From Dendrobates tinctorius (Eukaryota): 64,000 bases of DNA. Shown here one piece after another: positions 62,052-64,000 of this stretch (position 1 is the stretch's first letter; every line of letters starts with the position of its first letter). A model generated the notes under the pieces. The model worked only from the letters and a program-made list of their open reading frames with translations, did no database searches and was not told the DNA's origin. The DNA is taken from the NCBI RefSeq assembly GCF_039654945.1, contig NW_027361831.1:1364001-1428000 (forward strand), read 5' to 3'. A program made the position numbers and the translations under genes.

Positions 62052-62562
62052 CCTTGATGGGTCAATGAGGAAAATTCTCTTATATAGCAGATCTCTACTA
62101 AGAGGATCTGATATTGTAGGCACCTGAAAGAGAAGACGATGAGGCAGTTGTAACATCATAAAGAATCCTAAGTGATAATACAATTACTGGAGATAATACG
62201 GGGAACATATAATAATATGAATTTAAACAAATGTAACATGTAGATGTTGTATTCTCGCTTTGTACAGACTGTTTGCTCAAGTCTGGGGAACAGATCCAGT
62301 TATCATTTCTCAGCTACCGAATTGATGGAAAATCCCTCTATGAACCTTGCCGTATGGAAACAGTTCTCCTTGGATGCTGTGGTCAATAGTGACGGTCTAA
62401 TCTACCCAGTTAAACAGCTCATCAGCATGATGTTACATGAAGGCACTATTGCAAGAAAAAATAACATTTATATGAAATGGATACATAAAGGCTATGTACT
62501 TTTCCAAGAAAAATATTCTTGTGTAATGTTTTTTTTTTATTGTGGAAAAATCATATAACAAA

Positions 62563-62950
62563 TAGTGATGAGTGAGCATTGGGGTGCTCGGGCAGGCTCG
62601 GTGCTCGATTGAGTATTGCGGGTGCTCGAGCGCCATACTCAAGTCCCTGCCTTCGAAGTTTGGCACCTGTTAGACAGCCAATGAACATGCAGGGTTTGCC
62701 CACCATACATGGTAATGCTGTAGCCATGTTGCATACTGGCATTACTTTGATTGGCCAGCAGCATCAAGTCATGTGGTCTTATTTAAGACTCGGTGACGTG
62801 AAGCTTGGCACACTGTGTTCAAGAAGCAGGGAGAGGTGTTGGAGGGAGAGCATGGTTTAGAGCAGAGATAAAGTCATAGTTTAATAATATTGCTAATGCA
62901 GCACTTGTATTCTGTTCCTGCAGCACTAAAACAACAGTCCTTATCACGGC
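62563..62950. mobile_element. Left end of a non-autonomous hAT element
   Basis: TAGTGATGAGTGAGC terminus with gtgctcg subterminal repeats. Confidence 0.6.
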
Positions 62951-62956
62951 TACATA

Positions 62957-64000
62957 CAGTGGGTACGGAAAGTATTCAGACTCCTTTACATTTTTTACTC
63001 TGTTTCATTGCAGCCATTTGGTAAATTCAAAAAAGTTCATTTTTTTCTCATTAATGTACATTCTGCACCCCATCTTGATGGAAAAAAAAAACAGAAATGT
63101 AAAAATTTTTGCAAATTAAAAAAGAAAAACTGAAATATCACATGGTCATAAGTATTCAGACCCTTTGCTCTGTATTGTGTAGAAGCACCCTTTTGAGCTA
63201 GTACAGCCATGAGTCTTCTTGGGAATGATGCAACAAGTTTTTCACACCTGGATTTGGGGATCCTCTGCCATTCTTCCTTGCAGATCCTCTCCAGTTCCGT
63301 CAGGTTGGATGGTGAACGTCGGTGGACAGCCATTTTCAGGTCTCTTCAGAGATGCTCAATTGGGTTTAGGTCAGGACTCTGGCTGGGCCAGTCAAGAATG
63401 GTCACAGAGTTGTTCTGAAGCCACTCCTTTGTTAGTTAAGCTGTGTGCTTAGGGTCATTGCCTTGTTGGAAGGTGAACCCTTGGCCAAGTCTGAGGTCCA
63501 GAGCAGTCTGAAAGAGGTTTTCATCCAGGATATCTCTGTACTTGGCCGCATTCATGTTTCCTTTAATGGCAACCAGCCATCCTGTCCCTGCAGCTGAAAA
63601 ACACTCCCATAGCATGATGCTGCCACCACCATCTTTCACTGTTGGGATTGTATTGGGCAGGTGATGAGTAGTGCCTGGTGTTCTCCACACAAACCACTTA
63701 TAATTATCACCAAAAAGGTCTATCTTCATCTCATCAGACCAGAGAATCTTATTTCTCATAGTCTGGGAGTCCTTCATGTGTTTTTTTAGCAAACTCTATG
63801 CGGGCTTTCATATGTCTTGCACTGAGGAGAGGCTTCCATCGGGCCACTCTGCCATAAATGCCCGACTGGTGGAGGGCTGCAGTGAAAGCTTTCTCCCATC
63901 TCCCTACTGCATCTGTGGAGCTCAGCCACAGTGATCTTGGGGTTCTTCTTTACCTCTCTCACCAAGGCTCTTCTCCCACGATTGATCAGTTTGGCTGGAC
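62957..64000 (-). mobile_element. Tc1-like (DD34E) transposon, decayed, runs off the window
   Basis: TA|CAGTGGGTACGGAAAG TIR; [31 protein letters not shown] fragments. Confidence 0.9.

Overview
Eukaryotic, repeat-rich vertebrate DNA. The FAX/KRAB-type zinc-finger exon structure and the TE families point to an anuran (frog) genome (inference). The window holds part of a tandem cluster of minus-strand C2H2 zinc-finger genes: gene A (27.0 kb to 5.8 kb, reconstructed intact at ~554 aa, with an in-frame exon-pair duplication), gene B (62.1 kb to 55.6 kb, ~438 aa) and the first exon/promoter of a third gene at the left edge. The rest is nested mobile DNA. The largest element is a complete 16-kb hAT transposon (27566-43563, TIR TAGAGTTGAGCGA, TSD GTTCCAAC). 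It encodes a twice-disrupted ~1180-aa BED-hAT transposase and carries unusual non-coding cargo: a diverged 18S rRNA segment antisense to the transposase, a 134-nt hairpin, three tandem arrays (the 261-bp unit is four consecutive stem-loops) and a duplicated piece of its own ORF. Also present are a young Neptune-type Penelope element with 1.08-kb inverted pseudo-LTRs, at least eight hammerhead-ribozyme motifs (four with intact cores), an intact DD36E (Incomer-type) Tc1 element, L2, RTE, DIRS and Gypsy remnants, a non-autonomous Helitron, a palindromic element with two Helitron 3' ends, MITEs and minisatellites. All calls were made by eye without database searches.
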